DNA of 32,766 bases from Blastocystis sp. subtype 4 (taxonomy: Eukaryota), in NCBI RefSeq assembly GCF_000743755.1, contig NW_014569443.1:1-32766 (forward strand). The letters run 5' to 3'. The translations under genes were made by a program, and so were the position numbers. Positions 27,265-32,766 of this stretch are shown here, one piece after another (position 1 is the first letter of the stretch; every line of letters begins with the position of its first letter). Below the pieces are notes generated by a model, which was given only the letters and a program-made list of their open reading frames with translations, was not told the origin of the DNA and searched no databases.

Positions 27265-28611
27265 AGTTTCCATGCGATTTCTTTCGGTTTCCATGCACTT
27301 TGTCGAACGAAATCCCGACAAAAACAAGAATAACTCCACACCACTACAAGTGAGTTACGAAACGAAGAATGACCTGATAAGGAGAAATGTAGTTTCCCAT
27401 GAACAAAACCGATAGAAGAATACTAAAAAACTTGCGAGTTGTGGTAATTGTTGATAGAACCAGGGGAGGAAAGTGACGTACTGTGTACAAGATAAAGAGT
27501 TGGCCAACAGAAGAACACAGCCCAAATTGGACTGCAAGCCACAGACACCTTCGATTTGTTAAGAAAAAGGAGACTCCTGGAACTAACTCTTTCAGGAGGA
27601 GAGAAGTGATCAGAGAGACTAGTATTCCATACACATTGAGCATTTGTTGAAGTCGAAGAGGAGACGGTTTGAATCGAGGAACCACTACATCCTGCTGCAT
27701 TCCACAGACACCATCCATACACAAAGAGAGGAAGAGAAGAATCAATCCAAACGTGCTATTGGATGCTGTGCTGTTCTTTTTGGATTTAGAAAAGAGTTGA
27801 AAAACTATGGATTGTCAATGAGACAAAACCAGACCCACAATTCCTGCAGTCATGAGAAATACCGAAATGTACTTTTGAATCGAATAGCGACGAGCTACAT
27901 GTTAAGAGCCAACGAAGAGTCCACTTCCAAAAAGAGTACCAGCAACAAGAACTGGAATCATTTTGCACGATTTAGCTAATACCTGCGTTGGATAATTCAC
28001 ATGTTTGAGCGAATTGTTGGAAAAGATCATGGCAAGGGTATAGCAAATACCATAAGTAGCATAATCTGATAGATGGTCATCTACAAACGACACTTCCTAT
28101 AGAATAAAACAGACAGAGAATGGAAACAGCCGAATCTCGGATCACCCGTTCCAAAATCTCTCCACTAGGTAGCTCAAAGGCCACTCGAGCAGTAGCTCCA
28201 TCAACGGAAATGTCTCGAATAATGCACGTTTCTCTATAATGATAGTAAAAAACCAATTGAACCCCTCTTTTCGATTTCGTAAAGTCACTTTCCGACCCAC
28301 AAGGTCGGCTTTCGGAATTTGAATATCAAATGACTTCTTTCGCTGATCAAAGAAGAAAGAACCTTAATATAAAACTGAATAAAATCGAATCGTACCGATA
28401 GAAGCAATGATGAGGTTAATCGAGCATTGGAGAAGTAAAAGTACGGAGGTATAGGTGAATCGACTACCATCGGGACTAACATAACGATATCTAGGAGATG
28501 AAGAAGAAAGCTAAGGCTGGACATTCTCTCCTGAACAAGTCCATAATTCAAGTAGACAGAATAGATACCGACAATGGATATTAGGAGTCGTTTATAGTAT
28601 TGATAGTCCAT
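27265..28611 (-). CDS. SLC35B1: UAA-family nucleotide-sugar / ER ATP-ADP transporter, SLC35B1/HUT1-like, with an inserted soluble domain; poly(A)-created stop at T27265
   Basis: GIYSVYLNYGLVQE, SLKHVNYPTQVLAKSCKMIPVL, LSLCMDGVCGMQQ, GQLFILYTV..ITTTRKFFSILLS, ends GNRKKSHGN. Confidence 0.9.
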
Positions 28612-28709
28612 CTTGAGATGGATAAGAATGAGTGATTTAAAGTGATATTCGAAACAAAATACTGGTTCCTAGTTGAAACTTGAGTAATAATGGGAAACAG
28701 TTAGTTTTG

Positions 28710-30216
<1,507 letters not shown>

Positions 30217-30218
30217 CC

Positions 30219-30226
30219 TGTTTGTT
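30219..30226 (+). terminator. TGTTTGTT poly(A) element of PFKFB
   Basis: Exact motif 4 nt after the T of TAG. Confidence 0.8.
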
Positions 30227-30392
30227 TAGTGTGAATGAAACTAGCAATCTTGTAAATGAAAAGGAACACGAGTGTTCGTCATTAGGACTTGTCATACACT
30301 GGAGTGATCAGATTCCCAACAAATATAATTGAATTCGATATTATTACAGATAACATTGATTCGATGGTCTTAATGAAGAACAACTTGAAGGA

Positions 30393-32766
30393 TCATTTAT
30401 TACACTGTATGTTAAAAGGATTCTCAACTGAGGTATATGATTTCTTAGTTTGAGGAGAAGCGATACTGCAATGTAAGTCCTGGTCTGGATTTGAAGAGTG
30501 ATGAGACTTTATCTGAATGGTAACAGTAGGAACAATAAGTATAATAATGAGAACAATGGTAATAGAGATCAGAAGAATTGAAAGAGTCGATAGAACCTTC
30601 ACACGAAAGGATAATTGAGTTTGGATCAAACTGATTCTATTAGAAACTTCAATTGTGATATGTGTGTTTTTGAATGTAGTTGAAGGAGTTCCAGATATGA
30701 TTCCAGAAGATGAATTGAGCGACAGACCAATAGGAAGAGATCCTGATGAGATTGAGAACGAGAGTTCATCTCCATCAACATTAGGAGTGATAGAAAATGA
30801 GTTATTTAACGTTAGAGCATAAGAAGTCCGAGGATAAGAGAATGAAGTGATGGGAGTGAGAATGGTGAATGAAAGAGAGAATGATTGATTACTCACTTCA
30901 TTGAATGCTTTGAGAGTGACTGATTGAGATGATACAGATTGAAAAGGAAATCCTGAGATAACTCCATTTGATGAATTGAGTGATAGACCAACAGGAAGAG
31001 ATCCTGATGAGATTGAGAATGAGAGTTCGTCTCCATCAACAGAAGGAGTGGTAGAGAATGGATCATTCTTTGACAGAACATATGAAGACTGAGAATATGA
31101 GAATAAAGAAATAGGAGTGAGAATGGTGAATGAAAGAGAAAATGACTGACTGCTTACCTGATTTGATGCTTTGAGAATGACCAATCGAGCTATAACAATT
31201 TGAGAAGGAATTCCTGAGATGATTCCATTTGATGAATTGAGTGACAGACCAACAGGAAGGGATCCAGATGAGATGGAAAATAATGGGCTATCTCCTTTGA
31301 CAGTGGGAGTGATAGATAATGGAATGTTCTTTGACAGAACATATGAGGATTGAGGATAAGAGAATGAAGATATACATTGAAGAATGGTGAATGAAAGAGT
31401 GACAGATTGACTACTCACTTGATTTGATGATTCAATTGTAACTGAACGAGATGATACGGACTTAGAAGGAGTTCCAGATACGAATCCTGTTGTCAGATTA
31501 AGTGATAGGCCAATGGGAAGAGATCCTGAAGTAATGGAGAATGACAAATCATCTCCATTTACTGTAGGAGTTATTGCTACGGGTTTATCTCTAGATAGAG
31601 TATATTGTGATTGAGGATAGAAGAATGAAGTAATGGGAGTAAGAATAGTAAATGATAGAACCACATTTTTATAACTCACTTGATTCAATGCTTTGATTGC
31701 AACTGACTGAGATGATGTGAATTGAGAAGGTGCTCCAGATATGATTCCAGTTGAAGAATTTAGAGACATATTCATAGGAAGAGATCCATATGAGATAGAG
31801 AATGAGAGTTGATCTCCATTAACAGTGGGAGAGATAGAAAATTGATTGTTCTTTGATAAAACATATGAGGATTGAGGATAAGAGAATGAATAGATAGGAG
31901 TGAGAATGGTGATTATTAGTGAGATAGATCGATTACTCACTTGATTTGATGCTTTGATCTTGACAGATTGAGATAATACTGATTGAGAAGGAATGCCAGA
32001 GATTGTTCCATTAGATGAATTGAGAGATAGTCCAGTAGGAAGAGATCCTGATATGATAGAGAATGAGAGTTGATCTCCATTAACAGTGGGAGAGATAGAG
32101 AATGATTCATTCTTAGATAGAACATACGAAGACTGAGAATAAGAGAATGAAGAGATAGGAGTGAGAACAGTGAATGAAAGAGGGAATGATCGATTACTCA
32201 CTTCATTGAATGCTTTGATGGTAACAGATTGAGATGATATGACAGATTGAGAAGGAGTTCCTGAAATGATTCCAGAAGATGAATTGAGAGATAGACCACT
32301 AGGAAGAGATCCAGATACGACAGAGAATGAAGGCTCATATCCACTGACAGAAGGAGAAACAGAAAATGATTCATTCTTTGATAGAGTATATGAAGACTCA
32401 GGATAAGTAAAAGAAAGGATAGGAGTGATAATTGTGAATGTGAGTGTAACAGATTGATCACTCACTTGATTGGATGCTTTGATAGTGACTAATTGAGATA
32501 TGATGAATTGAGAAGGAGTTCCATCTATTACTCCAGTTGATGGATTTAGAGATAGACCAATAGGAAGTGATCCTGATGTGATGGAGAATAAAGGCTCAGA
32601 TCCATTGATTGTAGGAGAAATAGAGACTGATTCATCTTTTGCGAGAGCATAGGATGATTGAGGATAAGAGAATGAAGAGATAGGAGTGATAACAGTGAAT
32701 GAAAGAACAACAGTTTCAATTGCTGTTCCACTCACTGCTTCGATTGTGACTGATTGAGAAGAGAGT
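30393..32766 (-). CDS. Surface protein with tandem putative-Ig (He_PIG-like) repeats and a C-terminal TM helix; N-terminus lies beyond the window
   Basis: Uninterrupted ORF; repeated FSITSGSLPxGLSLNxSTGxISGTP; Ser/Thr-rich; TM LSILLISITIVLIIILIV; short cytoplasmic tail. Confidence 0.88.
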   Translation of the reverse strand, partial: LSSQSVTIEAVSGTAIETVVLSFTVITPISSFSYPQSSYALAKDESVSISPTINGSEPLFSITSGSLPIGLSLNPSTGVIDGTPSQFIISQLVTIKASNQVSDQSVTLTFTIITPILSFTYPESSYTLSKNESFSVSPSVSGYEPSFSVVSGSLPSGLSLNSSSGIISGTPSQSVISSQSVTIKAFNEVSNRSFPLSFTVLTPISSFSYSQSSYVLSKNESFSISPTVNGDQLSFSIISGSLPTGLSLNSSNGTISGIPSQSVLSQSVKIKASNQVSNRSISLIITILTPIYSFSYPQSSYVLSKNNQFSISPTVNGDQLSFSISYGSLPMNMSLNSSTGIISGAPSQFTSSQSVAIKALNQVSYKNVVLSFTILTPITSFFYPQSQYTLSRDKPVAITPTVNGDDLSFSITSGSLPIGLSLNLTTGFVSGTPSKSVSSRSVTIESSNQVSSQSVTLSFTILQCISSFSYPQSSYVLSKNIPLSITPTVKGDSPLFSISSGSLPVGLSLNSSNGIISGIPSQIVIARLVILKASNQVSSQSFSLSFTILTPISLFSYSQSSYVLSKNDPFSTTPSVDGDELSFSISSGSLPVGLSLNSSNGVISGFPFQSVSSQSVTLKAFNEVSNQSFSLSFTILTPITSFSYPRTSYALTLNNSFSITPNVDGDELSFSISSGSLPIGLSLNSSSGIISGTPSTTFKNTHITIEVSNRISLIQTQLSFRVKVLSTLSILLISITIVLIIILIVPTVTIQIKSHHSSNPDQDLHCSIASPQTKKSYTSVENPFNIQCNK
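30600..32687 (-). repeat. Eight tandem coding repeats of about 261 bp (87 aa)
   Basis: Units start TPISSFSYPQSSY-like; DNA-level similarity is visible (recurring gataagagaatgaa, ggaagagatcc, ctcacttgat). Confidence 0.92.

Noticed and set aside
30600..32687. CRISPR array or mobile-element repeat
   Set aside because: Repeats are about 261-bp in-frame coding units with no unique spacers, terminal repeats or transposase

Overview
This is a very compact, AT-rich eukaryotic genomic window holding about 21 protein-coding genes. Most genes are split by tiny GT-AG introns of about 27-33 nt (mode about 30), and intergenic gaps are about 20-290 nt. These traits, plus a TGTTTGTT-like element at gene ends, point to the anaerobic gut stramenopile Blastocystis (a low-GC subtype; inferred). 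Genes in order: Sec61-alpha (5' end), RCC1-repeat protein, RPS15A, 3-ketodihydrosphingosine reductase, CDPK, MFS transporter, TAZ/zf-CW/ARID protein, VPS9-domain protein, RRS1, RUVBL1, inositol polyphosphate kinase, USP39/Sad1, a hypothetical gene, an ERCC1-fold (PTD/Spo16/FAAP24-like) protein, a double DH-PH RhoGEF, a multi-RRM protein, a G-patch protein, an acyltransferase, an SLC35B1-like transporter, PFK-2/FBPase-2, and an Ig-repeat surface protein (partial). Main points: (1) about 8 genes appear to lack a functional genomic stop and get UAA from polyadenylation, via an in-frame T exactly 4 nt before TGTTTGTT. (2) Three back-to-back 30-nt intron units with no exon between them sit in the RhoGEF, suggesting recursive splicing. 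(3) RUVBL1 has a U12-type intron with AT-AG ends. (4) Two convergent gene pairs share a palindromic poly(A) element. (5) A KOW-like domain is inserted in the nucleotide-sugar transporter. All gene models were spliced by eye and no database search was run.
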